DNA of 64,000 bases from an uncultured Christensenella sp. (GTDB lineage Bacteria > Bacillota > Clostridia > Christensenellales > UBA3700). The stretch is from contig CAJTNA010000001.1 in the NCBI GenBank assembly GCA_910577845.1, positions 157,329 through 221,328 on the forward strand. Reading direction: 5' to 3'. Made by a program: the position numbers and the translations under genes. The notes under the pieces were generated by a model, which saw only the letters and a list, made by a program, of their open reading frames with translations, was not told where the DNA came from and did not search any database. Shown one piece after another: positions 10,255 through 21,151 of the stretch. Numbering within the stretch: position 1 is the stretch's first letter; each line of letters begins with the position of its first letter.

Positions 10255-11418
10255 TTATTTATTATTCCTAAAATAATTATCAATAGTCATAACAATTTTA
10301 ATTTCGCCAAAAATTTTACTACCACTATCAATAGGCACTCTGTACAAATTATTCACCACCAAATTAATAAACTCGTCAAGAGAATAAACTTGTAATCTCT
10401 CTAGCCCCTCAAAGGTTGCAATTTTTTCATAAATGCTTATTAACGTTTCAGCAAAATTTTTACAATTTAATTTTAACTCCTTGCAAATGACATCATTCAA
10501 ATTGTTAAGCCCAGAATAGATTTCCCCAAATATGCTACTCAAATTAATATAAAGTTCCTCATCAAAATCACAAAAGCCATAACCGAATGGTGATTTATTT
10601 TCCACATCAATAAAATAGCTACTGCCAATATAACCTCTTAACAATTTTAATGTGTCAAAATAACCGATTGAAATCGCTCTTGCAGTAGATTGACTTGTAA
10701 AATTCATAACACGTCCAGGCTTTTCACTAGGTCGAATGTAATATATCTGACAATTTTTATCTTTCGGCTTGCGTTTTGGTATAGAACTTTTTGTTTCAAT
10801 TGCAACAATATCTTTATAGCCTCTATCCATCATCATATTGATTGGCATATTGTCATAAATTCCGCCGTCAATATACTCTTGCCCCTCAACAACAGTTTTT
10901 TTGAACCCCGGGAAAGATGCTGATGCCATTACATAATCGGCAACTTGACCATATGGCATATCTTCAACAAATATTGATAATGGTTGCTTTTCTGTTAATG
11001 AGTAAGTCATAATACCAAAATCAATACCAGAATTTCTAAGCACTTCTTCATTAATATTATTTTTAATCAAATTTTTGATTTTTGTAGTGTCAAGTCCTTT
11101 CCCGCCAATAAGTTTTTTGACATAGCCATAAAAATACTTTACAGTATCTTGGTCAAACGACCTATTAATCAAATTCTCACCATACATATTGTTAATGCCT
11201 AAGACATTTGCAAAATCTATTTCATTCCAAATTTTAACGCTATCCTCAAACTTATTTTGAGCAATCATTACACCATTTAATGCACCAACAGAAGTGCCAG
11301 CAACACCATCAAATTTATAACCTGCTTCAAAAAGTGCTTTTAAAGCACCAGCTTGATATGCACCCCTTGCACCACCCCCCTCAAGTACAAGGGCAAGTTT
11401 TCTGTCAATATTCTGCAC
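10255..11418 (-). CDS. Patatin-like phospholipase
   Basis: GGGARGAYQAG oxyanion motif, GTSVGA serine nucleophile motif and a DGG aspartate motif. Confidence 0.85.
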   Translation of the reverse strand: MQNIDRKLALVLEGGGARGAYQAGALKALFEAGYKFDGVAGTSVGALNGVMIAQNKFEDSVKIWNEIDFANVLGINNMYGENLINRSFDQDTVKYFYGYVKKLIGGKGLDTTKIKNLIKNNINEEVLRNSGIDFGIMTYSLTEKQPLSIFVEDMPYGQVADYVMASASFPGFKKTVVEGQEYIDGGIYDNMPINMMMDRGYKDIVAIETKSSIPKRKPKDKNCQIYYIRPSEKPGRVMNFTSQSTARAISIGYFDTLKLLRGYIGSSYFIDVENKSPFGYGFCDFDEELYINLSSIFGEIYSGLNNLNDVICKELKLNCKNFAETLISIYEKIATFEGLERLQVYSLDEFINLVVNNLYRVPIDSGSKIFGEIKIVMTIDNYFRNNK

Positions 11419-12059
11419 AAGTATATCTCCTACTTAAAATTAACAAAATAAAATTTATATATTGAACATTTTTCAACTTATGTTTTAATAAGCGTATCTG
11501 CTACAACATAACCATTAAAAATTCTTGCATTGTTTAACTATATGTATAAAATTGAAAATTCAACTAGATTGAATTGATATTAATTTTATAATTTGTTTTT
11601 TGCAAAAACCACAACAAATAATTTATAGCCGTAAACAACTACCATTAAAATGAGTTATTAAGTTTTACAAGTAATGTAAAGCTATCAAATCTATCTAATA
11701 ATATACCCATAATAAATATATAATTATTTTAACACAATTTTTATTTTTTGTAAAGTATTATTTTAAAATATATATTATTTAAATATGTTTTGAATAAATA
11801 AATCAAAACTAGAATAGATATTTTTTTATTAACAGCAAATAATCACCTCTCAAAGATAAAATGTAACACAACTAAACTGATATTACTTTTGTTTTAGAAT
11901 AATTGTCAACAAAAAGTAATTTAATTACAAGATAAAATAAATAAATTTGGCAAAAAAAATAATTTAATACCGATTTTTGAATGGTTTTTCCCAATCTTAA
12001 TACATATTAAAGCCAAAATTAAAATATATTGTATTACAAATTTAATCACTATTTTAAAC

Positions 12060-12090
12060 AAAAACACTTGGATAAAAACCAAGTGTTTTT
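12060..12090. terminator. Hairpin terminator downstream of the coaD operon
   Basis: aaaaacacttgg-ataaaaa-ccaagtgttttt: a 12-bp stem with A and T runs on both sides, so it could act in either direction. Confidence 0.6.
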
Positions 12091-12263
12091 AATTGCTAAA
12101 TTAAAATTTCAATAAAATATTGTCAAAGTATCTAACTATTTGGCATTAAATTTTATACTAATAAATTCTTAAAGACTTACATATTAATTTGTAAAATTAT
12201 AGCTTTTATATATTACAAGAAAATTAATATACACTCATATTAAGATATTTTTACTAATAACAA

Positions 12264-12734
12264 TTATTTTTTATAGTTATTATTTTGGAATTCGTCTATT
12301 ATTTCATTTTTAGATTCTCTAACACAATTTATAATATCAATCATTTTATTTTCAGAATTTTTTAACAAGTCCATAACAGAATTCATTGTCTCATAACGTA
12401 GTCTTTCTGCCTCTTCATTAGCACTCTTTAAGATTTGGTCTGCCTCATACTCTGCTTGACGAATAAGTTCCGATTCATCAAGTATTTTATTTGCTTTAGA
12501 TTTAGCATCATTAACTAAATGATTTGCATAATCTTCAGCCTCGCTAATGATATTTTCCTTCTCTGCAAGGATAATTTGTGCCTCTTTTATATCTTGTGGC
12601 AGAAGAGACTTAAGAGTAAGTATATAATCCATACATTTACCCTCATCAATATATCGGTTACCACCAAGCATTGAACGTCTAGAGTCCTTTATTTCAGACT
12701 CCAAATCGTTTAAAATTTTAAGAAAATCGTGCAT
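12264..12734 (-). CDS. Coiled-coil protein (V-ATPase subunit H / ATP synthase b-like annotation class)
   Basis: 156 aa, E/K/A-rich heptad-like sequence. It resembles the conserved clostridial protein that follows coaD. Function unknown. Confidence 0.4.
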   Translation of the reverse strand: MHDFLKILNDLESEIKDSRRSMLGGNRYIDEGKCMDYILTLKSLLPQDIKEAQIILAEKENIISEAEDYANHLVNDAKSKANKILDESELIRQAEYEADQILKSANEEAERLRYETMNSVMDLLKNSENKMIDIINCVRESKNEIIDEFQNNNYKK

Positions 12735-13215
12735 TTTTTATCCTCCTTATCTCACATAAAACATCATCATTAATGTACGTACTAAGCCTATTACCTTCTT
12801 TATCTATATTGTATAATAATTCTCTTACTTTACTGCTACTTATGTTATCTAAAGCTTTATTTGATGGTAACAAGCAAGTCATAACTCCACAATGCTCAAA
12901 ATTGAAAACAGCCATTTCTGTTTCATAAGCATAGTCTTTATTATCTCTAAAGCCACGAACAATATGAGTAATATTATTTTTAACACAAACCTCGTAAAGC
13001 ATATCATCATAACCGAAAACTTGAACATTCTTCATATCAGCTGTTGCAATTTTACACATTTGAACTCTTTCATTCAAATTGAACATATGCTCTTTTTCCT
13101 CATTGTTAAACACGCCAACAATTACAATATCAAACATATTACTAACTCTACGGATAATATCAAGGTGACCATTTGTTATTGGGTCATAGCTACCACTAAC
13201 CAAACACTTGTCCAT
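12718..13215 (-). CDS. coaD: Phosphopantetheine adenylyltransferase
   Basis: GSYDPITNGHLDIIRR (T/HxGH) motif and ISSSKVRE; 165 aa. Confidence 0.95.
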   Translation of the reverse strand: MDKCLVSGSYDPITNGHLDIIRRVSNMFDIVIVGVFNNEEKEHMFNLNERVQMCKIATADMKNVQVFGYDDMLYEVCVKNNITHIVRGFRDNKDYAYETEMAVFNFEHCGVMTCLLPSNKALDNISSSKVRELLYNIDKEGNRLSTYINDDVLCEIRRIKNARFS

Positions 13216-13754
13216 TATTCAACCTCATATATATCTATTGCAGTTATGCCATATTTTTTGCTTTTAATAATGTTAAAACCTTGTACATCTTTATTTACAT
13301 TTTTATCAAATAAACTCTCATAAATAATTATTCCACTACTAGTAAGTACATTGTTTTCTAGTATCAACTTAAATACACTTTTAATTTCTTTAAACTCATA
13401 TGGTGGGTCTAAAAATATAATATCAAATTCGGCATTTTTTAGTCTAGACAAAGCAGTACTATAATCGCTAAAAATAATAGTGGCTTGCTCTTTTAAAACT
13501 TGCAAATTTTGTTTAATTATGTTTATACTCTCTTTACTGCTATCAACAAAAACAACTTTTTCAGCACCTCGACTAATAGCCTCAATACCTATAGCACCAC
13601 TACCTGCAAATAAATCTAAAAATTTACAACCTATTACATCACTTTGAATGATATTAAATATAGATTCCTTCACCATATCTGTTGTAGGTCTTACATCCCT
13701 ATTTTTAGGTGATATTAAAGGTCTACTTCTATGTTTACCAGCAACTACTCTCAT
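13215..13754 (-). CDS. rsmD: 16S rRNA (guanine966-N2)-methyltransferase RsmD
   Basis: DLFAGSGAIGIEA SAM motif and DPPY motif, adjacent to coaD. Confidence 0.9.
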   Translation of the reverse strand: MRVVAGKHRSRPLISPKNRDVRPTTDMVKESIFNIIQSDVIGCKFLDLFAGSGAIGIEAISRGAEKVVFVDSSKESINIIKQNLQVLKEQATIIFSDYSTALSRLKNAEFDIIFLDPPYEFKEIKSVFKLILENNVLTSSGIIIYESLFDKNVNKDVQGFNIIKSKKYGITAIDIYEVE

Positions 13755-13755
13755 T

Positions 13756-14292
13756 TTACCTCACAAAAATTTTATCCATTTTTATATCGTGTTTTTCAGT
13801 ATTTATTTTATCAAGCACTTGTTCTTTAAATGCAACTGCAACTTTCAAACAATTTGGGTATTTTACGAAAAATCTATCATAATACCCTTTACCTTTTCCA
13901 AGTCTATTGCCGTTATTATCAACCGCAAGGACTGGAACTATACACAAATCAATATGTGTTTGAACGGCTTCACCCACTGGTTCAAGTATACCATATGCCC
14001 CTTTTTGCAATCTACAAGGATACTTTACCAATTCAAGATTATCCCCATTCACTCTTGGCAAATAACATTGTTTACCAAAAGTCATTGTAAACTCTAATAG
14101 CCAATCAATATTGACTTCCGTCAGCATTGCTTTATAAAGTAAAATATGACTATGCTCATTTATAAGCTTGCTGTTTATAATATCACTCACAATCATTTGA
14201 CTTTTAAACGACCTATCAAAATAGGACATTTGATTCAATTTTTCTTTTACAATTTTTCTCTGTTCCTCTTTAGTTAAGGTACACATATTCAA
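13756..14292 (-). CDS. 5-formyltetrahydrofolate cyclo-ligase
   Basis: GKGKGYYDR motif; size 178 aa. Confidence 0.85.
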   Translation of the reverse strand: MNMCTLTKEEQRKIVKEKLNQMSYFDRSFKSQMIVSDIINSKLINEHSHILLYKAMLTEVNIDWLLEFTMTFGKQCYLPRVNGDNLELVKYPCRLQKGAYGILEPVGEAVQTHIDLCIVPVLAVDNNGNRLGKGKGYYDRFFVKYPNCLKVAVAFKEQVLDKINTEKHDIKMDKIFVR

Positions 14293-15178
14293 ACCTACCT
14301 TTAAGCGATGTCATAAGTTCATATTCGGATATTTTCATTGCCTCGGCTCTATTTGCAAAAGACAATTTATCCGTATCATAAATAATAGTTATAGAGCCTA
14401 CTTTTGCATTTGTATCCGATACATCAATTATATGAGTATCCATACTTATTTTGCCAATAACCTTACAAAAATCGGTATTAAATGCAATATTCTCACCTTT
14501 AAAGCGTCTAATGACACCATCATAATAACCGCCGTCACACAATGCTATTTTCATACTTTTATCTGCTATAAATTCACCATCGTAACCAACACTTTCGCCA
14601 GCTCTTAAGTTTTTAATTTGCATAATATTAGAGGTTACTGCAACAGCATTTTCATACATTCCAATACCTAGCCTTACAAAATCTGTAGCAAATTTATCAG
14701 CAAAAAATTTATAATTTGTAGCAAAAATATGTGTAACAATTTGGCTATTAAATTTTTCTGCAATACGCACAGCTTGCTCATACCTATCAATCTGACTATT
14801 AGTCAAAATTTCATTTGCGGAATAAATATGTGAATAAACTCCATAAATATCGTGAACCGCCATAATTTTAAGCAATTCCCAAAGTTCATTTTTACCCTTT
14901 ACTCCACCTCTATTCATACCGCTATCAATAGCAATATGGTATTTGACCCCTTCAACATAATTGAGAGGGCAAGAGAGTGACGCCATAATATCATACTTAA
15001 TGCACAAATAACTTTGTTCACGACTAAATGATAAAGACAAAATTTGTTTTGTTATACCTAACTTCCTAAGCCGTATTCCCTCAAAAACATTTGCAACAGC
15101 AAAACCACAAACATAGTCTTCTATTAAAAGTGCAATATGTATACCATTACTATAGCAATTAGCTTTTACAACTGCCAT
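14270..15178 (-). CDS. alr: Alanine racemase (the true start is probably upstream at an ATT codon, 15259 or 15256)
   Basis: AVVKAN (PLP lysine), GESVGYDGEF, DGGYYDG and ISMD motifs. The frame stays open to 15268 and the Alr-like N-terminus continues upstream of the first ATG. Confidence 0.75.
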   Translation of the reverse strand: MAVVKANCYSNGIHIALLIEDYVCGFAVANVFEGIRLRKLGITKQILSLSFSREQSYLCIKYDIMASLSCPLNYVEGVKYHIAIDSGMNRGGVKGKNELWELLKIMAVHDIYGVYSHIYSANEILTNSQIDRYEQAVRIAEKFNSQIVTHIFATNYKFFADKFATDFVRLGIGMYENAVAVTSNIMQIKNLRAGESVGYDGEFIADKSMKIALCDGGYYDGVIRRFKGENIAFNTDFCKVIGKISMDTHIIDVSDTNAKVGSITIIYDTDKLSFANRAEAMKISEYELMTSLKGRFEYVYLN

Positions 15179-15621
15179 AACATCTGAAAGACTCTCTTGT
15201 TTTGCTTTTAAAATATTACTTTTAATTTGATTAATATCAATATATTTTGTTAAAATAATATCGCCCCTTTAAAAATTATTTCTTAACTTTAGGACTTTAA
15301 AAATTTTATCAATAGTTTATTTAATGTCTATATTTTGATACATTTTTCTTTGCACAGTTAATTAACTTGACAAGGAATTTTCCAAACCCAAAATTTTATA
15401 TATTGATAATTGTAACTTTAATTTTTATATAACAAAATTTAATTTTAGTTTTTTTGTTTGCAAAACATACCATACAAACTTATGTAGTTAAGCTAAAAAC
15501 AAAAGTCAATAAGCAAATTTTAATCTTACAAAAATTTTGCCAATAATGCTTAAATTATAATTTTAATACAAATATTTAAATTTAAGTTTTTAAAATTGTA
15601 ATAGTTTATTATTGTTTTGTA

Positions 15622-16044
15622 TTAGATAATAGAGTTTTCAAGCACTTTAATATTGTTATTCTGAATAACTTGCATTGCTTTTTTAATATCTGAAACTTTT
15701 AACATAATGATTGCTTTTTTAGCCTCTGTTCTAGCATAAGAATATAAATATTCAATTTCAACCCCACCAGCATAAAGCAACGCTAGCACATCAGACAAAC
15801 CGCCAGCTCTATCCTCAACCTCAATACCAATCAAATCAGAGCTTGTTACAGTAAAACCAGCCTCACGCAAAACTTTTACTGCTTTTGCATTATCACGTGT
15901 AATTGCACGCAAAATACCAAACTCTTTAGTATCAGCAATACTCATTGACACTAAATCTATCTTATTATCAGCTAAAACTTTGGCGAAATCACCTACTCTG
16001 CCTTTACGATTTTCCAAAAAAACTGCTATTTGATTAACTAACAT
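15622..16044 (-). CDS. ACT domain-containing protein
   Basis: 140 aa tandem ACT-like fold pattern. This is the usual partner downstream of paaK/iorAB clusters in anaerobes. Confidence 0.8.
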   Translation of the reverse strand: MLVNQIAVFLENRKGRVGDFAKVLADNKIDLVSMSIADTKEFGILRAITRDNAKAVKVLREAGFTVTSSDLIGIEVEDRAGGLSDVLALLYAGGVEIEYLYSYARTEAKKAIIMLKVSDIKKAMQVIQNNNIKVLENSII

Positions 16045-16087
16045 AATAATATCTCCCTTATATAATAGTCACTTGTATATAATTTTA

Positions 16088-17395
16088 TTACTTTTTATTT
16101 TTACGATTGTCAATAATTCGCTTTGCTTTGCCCTCACTTCTGCTAATGCTGTTAGGACTAACTAAAGTAATTTTTGCACTAATACCTAAGTTAGAGGTCA
16201 TTTCGTGTTCAATCTCTTTCTTTAATGCTTGTAGTTTGCCTACCTCGTCACTAAAATAACCCTCACTTATCTCAATTTGAATTTCAAATGTATCCAATGC
16301 ACCAACTCTATCTACAATAATTTGATAATGTGGTGATATTCTCTCACCAATATTAAACAATACACTTTCAATTTGTGATGGAAAAACATTTACACCACGG
16401 ATAATTAGCATATCATCAGTTCTGCCAGTAACTCTATTCATTCTGACAAGAGTTCTGCCACACTTACATATCCCTTTTTTAAAGCTTGTTATATCTCTTG
16501 TTCTATATCTAATTAGTGGTATACCCTCTTTTGTAAGTGTAGTTATAACTAACTCACCAGTTTCACCAAATGGTACTGGCTCAAGTGTATCTGGGTCAAC
16601 AATTTCTGGATAAAAATTATCCTCGTTAATATGCAAACCATCTTGCTCTTCACATTCCATTGCAACACCTGGTCCCATTATCTCACTTAAACCATATATA
16701 TCGTAGGCTTTAATTTGCAAACGTTTTTCAATATCTTTACGCATTTCGTCAGACCAAGGCTCCGCTCCAAAAATGCCACGCTTTAATTTAAATTGACTTC
16801 TGTCAGTAAAACCTTCTTTTGCCATTGCCTCACTTAAATATATAGCATATGATGGTGTACAACACAAAGTATCCGCACCAAAATCACGCATTAATTGCAA
16901 TTGTCTTAAAGTATTACCACTTGAGGTTGGCACAGTCATAGCACCCAACCTTTGGCTACCATCGTGCAAACCAAGACCGCCAGTAAATAAGCCATAACCA
17001 AAAGATACTTGAACAACAGAGTTATTATCCGCACCAGTCATACTTAAACATCTTGCAGCCATATCTGCCCACATATCTAAGTCGTTTTGAGTATATCCAA
17101 CTACTGTCAACTTACCAGTTGTACCGCTTGATGCGTGTACCCTAACAATTTCGCTTTGAGGGCAACTAAAAAAGTTGAATGGATAACTTTCTCTTAAATC
17201 GTGCTTAACAGTAAATGGTAGTTTAGTTATATCTTTAATGCTTTTAATATCCTCGGGTTTAACACCGATTGCATCCATTTTTTTACGATAAATTTCAACA
17301 TTATCATAAACTTTTTTAACTACCTTAACTAGTCTTTCACTCTGAATTTTTTCTAACTCTTCTCTTGAAAGATATTGCATATTATCGCTATACAT
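16088..17395 (-). CDS. Phenylacetate-CoA ligase family protein (PaaK-like) copy 2
   Basis: SSGTTGK AMP-binding motif, YGLSE, and GRTDDMLIIRGVNVFPSQIE. Confidence 0.9.
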   Translation of the reverse strand: MYSDNMQYLSREELEKIQSERLVKVVKKVYDNVEIYRKKMDAIGVKPEDIKSIKDITKLPFTVKHDLRESYPFNFFSCPQSEIVRVHASSGTTGKLTVVGYTQNDLDMWADMAARCLSMTGADNNSVVQVSFGYGLFTGGLGLHDGSQRLGAMTVPTSSGNTLRQLQLMRDFGADTLCCTPSYAIYLSEAMAKEGFTDRSQFKLKRGIFGAEPWSDEMRKDIEKRLQIKAYDIYGLSEIMGPGVAMECEEQDGLHINEDNFYPEIVDPDTLEPVPFGETGELVITTLTKEGIPLIRYRTRDITSFKKGICKCGRTLVRMNRVTGRTDDMLIIRGVNVFPSQIESVLFNIGERISPHYQIIVDRVGALDTFEIQIEISEGYFSDEVGKLQALKKEIEHEMTSNLGISAKITLVSPNSISRSEGKAKRIIDNRKNKK

Positions 17396-17476
17396 ACTAC
17401 AGTCCTCCGTAATACAATTAATTTTTCCCTTTTATCAAATTATTAAGCAATTACATACTTAATTTTCAAACCTATT

Positions 17477-18043
17477 TTATTTTGCGTTATAGCCTTTTTC
17501 CAGAGCAAGCAAATTAATCTCCAAAAACTTTGCTGGCACAGTCATTTTTACAGCCTCAGCTATATCTTCAAATTTCCAACCTAAATTTTTTGCAAGTGCA
17601 CCAAGCATAATAACATTTGCTACTTTTACATTGCCACATTCCAAAGCAAGTTGTGCGGCATTGATAACAAGTGTTTTACATTCACTACTCAATTTTTCTA
17701 AAATGTTTTTAGGATATTCCATTGCACCCGTAATAACTGGCATAGGCATAATCTCGTGATTATTTACAACAATCATACCCTCTTTTTTTAAATAATGACG
17801 CCACCTCAATGCCTCTAACTTTTCAAAAGCAATTATAATATCAGCATCCCCAACGGCAACAATAGGACTAAGAATATTCTCACCAACTCTAACGTGAGTT
17901 ACAACACTACCGCCCCTTTGGCTCATTCCGTGTACTTCAGAAAGTTTGCAATCTTGTCCAGTTAATACTGCATAATTACCAAGTACTCTTGATGCCAAAA
18001 GTGTACCTTGTCCACCTACACCAACTATTAATACATTAGCCAT
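17477..18043 (-). CDS. iorB: Indolepyruvate:ferredoxin oxidoreductase subunit beta
   Basis: VGVGGQGTLLASR N-terminus; 188 aa; overlaps the iorA stop. Confidence 0.9.
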   Translation of the reverse strand: MANVLIVGVGGQGTLLASRVLGNYAVLTGQDCKLSEVHGMSQRGGSVVTHVRVGENILSPIVAVGDADIIIAFEKLEALRWRHYLKKEGMIVVNNHEIMPMPVITGAMEYPKNILEKLSSECKTLVINAAQLALECGNVKVANVIMLGALAKNLGWKFEDIAEAVKMTVPAKFLEINLLALEKGYNAK

Positions 18044-19772
18044 TAGTTTTACCTCCTAATTTTATGCTGTCAAACTTACACATTTGTACGCATACTCCAC
18101 AACCGACACATTGGTCTGCTTTTATGCTAACGCTCTTATCTTTAGCCATCATAATAGCTGGGCAACCAATCTTCATACACATACCACATTTTTTGCATTT
18201 ATCACTATCAATGTAATAAGGCGACTTAACCTCTTTTGTCAAAAGCACACAAGGTTTTCTAGCAATAATAACACTTACCTCATCTTTTGCTAGTTCCTCT
18301 TTAACAGCTTTTTCAACTGCGACCATATCGTACGCATCTACGATTTGAACACTATTTACACCACAAGCTCTAACAACTTGTTCCAAATTCAATTGATGAG
18401 TCACTTGGTCACGTATAGTTCTACCAGTAGCTGGATTAGGTTGATGTCCTGTCATACCAGTTGTTGAGTTATCCAAAATAATAATGGTGCTACTACCTTG
18501 GTTATAAACTGCATCTACAACACCAGTTATGCCACTATGTACAAAAGTTGAATCACCAATTACGGCAACAGTCTTTTTAGATTGTTCACGTCCTAAAGCT
18601 TTATCAACGCCGTGGCACATACCAATACTTGCCCCCATACAAACAACAGTATCAACAGCATTTAATGGTTGTCCTGCACCTAAAGTATAGCAACCAATAT
18701 CCGCAGTAACCATTAATTTTAATTTATGTAACACATAAAATACACTTCTATGTGGACAACCTGGACACATTACCGGTGGTCTTACTGGCAAAGCTATATC
18801 TGCTTGTGGAATTGGTTCGCCTAACAATTTATTACGAATAATAGCAACAGAAATCTCACCTTGAATTGAAAAGATTTCCTTACCAATACAATCAATACCT
18901 TGTGCTTTAATTTGAGTTTCAAATATAGGCTCAAGTTCCTCAATAACATAAAGTTTATCAACTTTATTTGCAAACTCTCTTATCATTTTTAATGGTAATG
19001 GATTAACCATACCTAGTTTTAAAATACTTGCGTCTGGAATTGCTTCCTCTGCATACTTAGCGACCACACCACTGCAGATAATACCGATTTTCGTAGACTT
19101 ATAAGTAGTTTTATTAATACTTAAGCTATTGCTATCTGTAGATAATTTTTTAATCCTCTCCTCAACAACTTTATGTCTACCTATTGCCATTGATGGCATC
19201 ATAGCATACTTTGTAATATCTTTTATATAAGGTTTTACGCCAACTTCACATCTATCCTCCAAGTCAACAAAAGATTGAGAATGTGAAACTCTTGTAGTAC
19301 TTCTAAGCATTACTGGAGTATCATATTTTTCACTAATCTCAAAAGCAATCTTTGTATACTCCTTTGCCTCGCTAGAATCACTAGGCTCAAGCATAGGAAT
19401 GCTGTTTGCAATAGCATAATATCTGCTATCTTGTTCATTTTGAGAGCTATGCATACCAGGGTCATCAGCAACTACCAAAACAAGTCCGCCATTCACACCA
19501 GTATATGCTAGTGTAAACAATGGGTCAGCTGCTACATTTACACCAACGTGTTTCATACAAACAATGCTTCTTGCACCCGCAACGCTACTACCAATAGCAA
19601 CCTCAAGTGCTACCTTTTCGTTTGGTGACCACTCAACATATATCTCTTCATATTTTGCTATCGCCTCGGTTATTTCCGTACTAGGTGTACCAGGATATGC
19701 AGTACTGACTTTTACGCCAGCTTCATAAGCACCTCTAGCTATAGCCTCATTACCTAACAATATTTTTTTCAT
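18036..19772 (-). CDS. iorA: Indolepyruvate:ferredoxin oxidoreductase subunit alpha
   Basis: TPP-binding GDSTF motif and two C-terminal 4Fe-4S motifs (CKKCGMCMKIGCP, CVGCGVCVQMC). Confidence 0.9.
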   Translation of the reverse strand: MKKILLGNEAIARGAYEAGVKVSTAYPGTPSTEITEAIAKYEEIYVEWSPNEKVALEVAIGSSVAGARSIVCMKHVGVNVAADPLFTLAYTGVNGGLVLVVADDPGMHSSQNEQDSRYYAIANSIPMLEPSDSSEAKEYTKIAFEISEKYDTPVMLRSTTRVSHSQSFVDLEDRCEVGVKPYIKDITKYAMMPSMAIGRHKVVEERIKKLSTDSNSLSINKTTYKSTKIGIICSGVVAKYAEEAIPDASILKLGMVNPLPLKMIREFANKVDKLYVIEELEPIFETQIKAQGIDCIGKEIFSIQGEISVAIIRNKLLGEPIPQADIALPVRPPVMCPGCPHRSVFYVLHKLKLMVTADIGCYTLGAGQPLNAVDTVVCMGASIGMCHGVDKALGREQSKKTVAVIGDSTFVHSGITGVVDAVYNQGSSTIIILDNSTTGMTGHQPNPATGRTIRDQVTHQLNLEQVVRACGVNSVQIVDAYDMVAVEKAVKEELAKDEVSVIIARKPCVLLTKEVKSPYYIDSDKCKKCGMCMKIGCPAIMMAKDKSVSIKADQCVGCGVCVQMCKFDSIKLGGKTNG

Positions 19773-19836
19773 AAATACCTCTTTATCCTATTTTAGTCCC
19801 GATTTTCGCAAGCTTTTATAAATTTTATATTTAAAA

Positions 19837-21138
19837 CTAAAGTTTTCTAAGGTCGGTAACCCTTTTTGCTTTACCCTCAAATCTCTTTAAAGATTGTGGT
19901 TCAACAAGTCGAACAACTGCATCTATTTGCAATACAACTTTTAATTTTTGTTTTACTTTTTTAACTAAATCTTCAAGCTTTGAATAGTTGTCAAGCAAGT
20001 CAATATCTTTAACCTCAACATTGATAGTAAGCTTATCCATATGCCCAATTCTTTCAACTATAATCTCATAGTTACCACCAATCTCTGGCATACTCATTAA
20101 CACACCTTCAATCTGTGAAGGGAATACATTTACACCACGTATAATAAGCATATCGTCAGACCTACCTTGAATTTTATCCATTCTTGTAGTAGTTCTGCCA
20201 CACTCGCACTTTTCTGTGATAAGTCTTGTTATATCCTTAGTGCGGTATCTTAACATTGGTAAGCCTTCTTTAGTAAGTGTGGTAATAACTAACTCACCCC
20301 ACTCACCATTGTTAATCGGCTCAAGTGTTTCTTTGTCAATAATTTCTGGATAAAAGTGGTCCTCATTAATATGCATACCACATTTGTACTCACACTCACC
20401 TGCAACACCCGGACCTATAATTTCACTCAAACCATAGTTATCTGTTGGGAACAAACCTAATTTGTCTTGTAATTCCTTGTGCATTTCTGGACTTGAAGCT
20501 TCACTACCAAATAAACCAATACGTAGTTTTAAATCTTCTTTCTTTATTCCCATTTTTTCTACAACTTCACTTATGTACAAGCCGTAAGAAGGTGTAGCAA
20601 CCAAAGCAGTTGCACCTAAATCTTTCATAAGCATAACTTGCCTTTCTGTATTCCCAGAAGATGCTGGGATAACTGTTGCACCAATTTTTTCCCAACCTTG
20701 GTGCAAGCCCAATGCACCAGTAAATAAACCATAACCAAAAGATATTTGTACAATATCAGATTTTCTACCACCAGCTGCCACAATTAACCTTGCCATACAA
20801 TCTGACCACATATCCAAATCATTTTTAGTATAAGCCACAACAGTTGGTTTACCAGATGTCCCGCTTGAGGCGTGTACCCTAACAATGTCATCCATAGATA
20901 CAGCAAGCAAACCATATGGATAATTATCTCTCAAATCTGTTTTGGTTGTATAAGGAATTTTTTTAATATCCTCTAAAGTTTTAATATCCTCAGGCTTTAA
21001 TCCAATTTCGTCAAACTTTTTAGTGTAGAAAGGCACTCTCTCATACGCATACTTTACAATATTTTTAAGTCTTTCCAGTTGCAAAGCACGCATTTCTGCC
21101 CTATCCATTTGCTCAATTTTTTTATCAAAAAACATCAC
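19837..21138 (-). CDS. Phenylacetate-CoA ligase family protein (PaaK-like) copy 1
   Basis: SSGTSGK, YGLSE and GRSDDMLIIRGVNVFPSQIE. Paralogue of 16088..17395. Confidence 0.9.
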   Translation of the reverse strand: MMFFDKKIEQMDRAEMRALQLERLKNIVKYAYERVPFYTKKFDEIGLKPEDIKTLEDIKKIPYTTKTDLRDNYPYGLLAVSMDDIVRVHASSGTSGKPTVVAYTKNDLDMWSDCMARLIVAAGGRKSDIVQISFGYGLFTGALGLHQGWEKIGATVIPASSGNTERQVMLMKDLGATALVATPSYGLYISEVVEKMGIKKEDLKLRIGLFGSEASSPEMHKELQDKLGLFPTDNYGLSEIIGPGVAGECEYKCGMHINEDHFYPEIIDKETLEPINNGEWGELVITTLTKEGLPMLRYRTKDITRLITEKCECGRTTTRMDKIQGRSDDMLIIRGVNVFPSQIEGVLMSMPEIGGNYEIIVERIGHMDKLTINVEVKDIDLLDNYSKLEDLVKKVKQKLKVVLQIDAVVRLVEPQSLKRFEGKAKRVTDLRKL

Positions 21139-21151
21139 TAATTTTCCCTCT

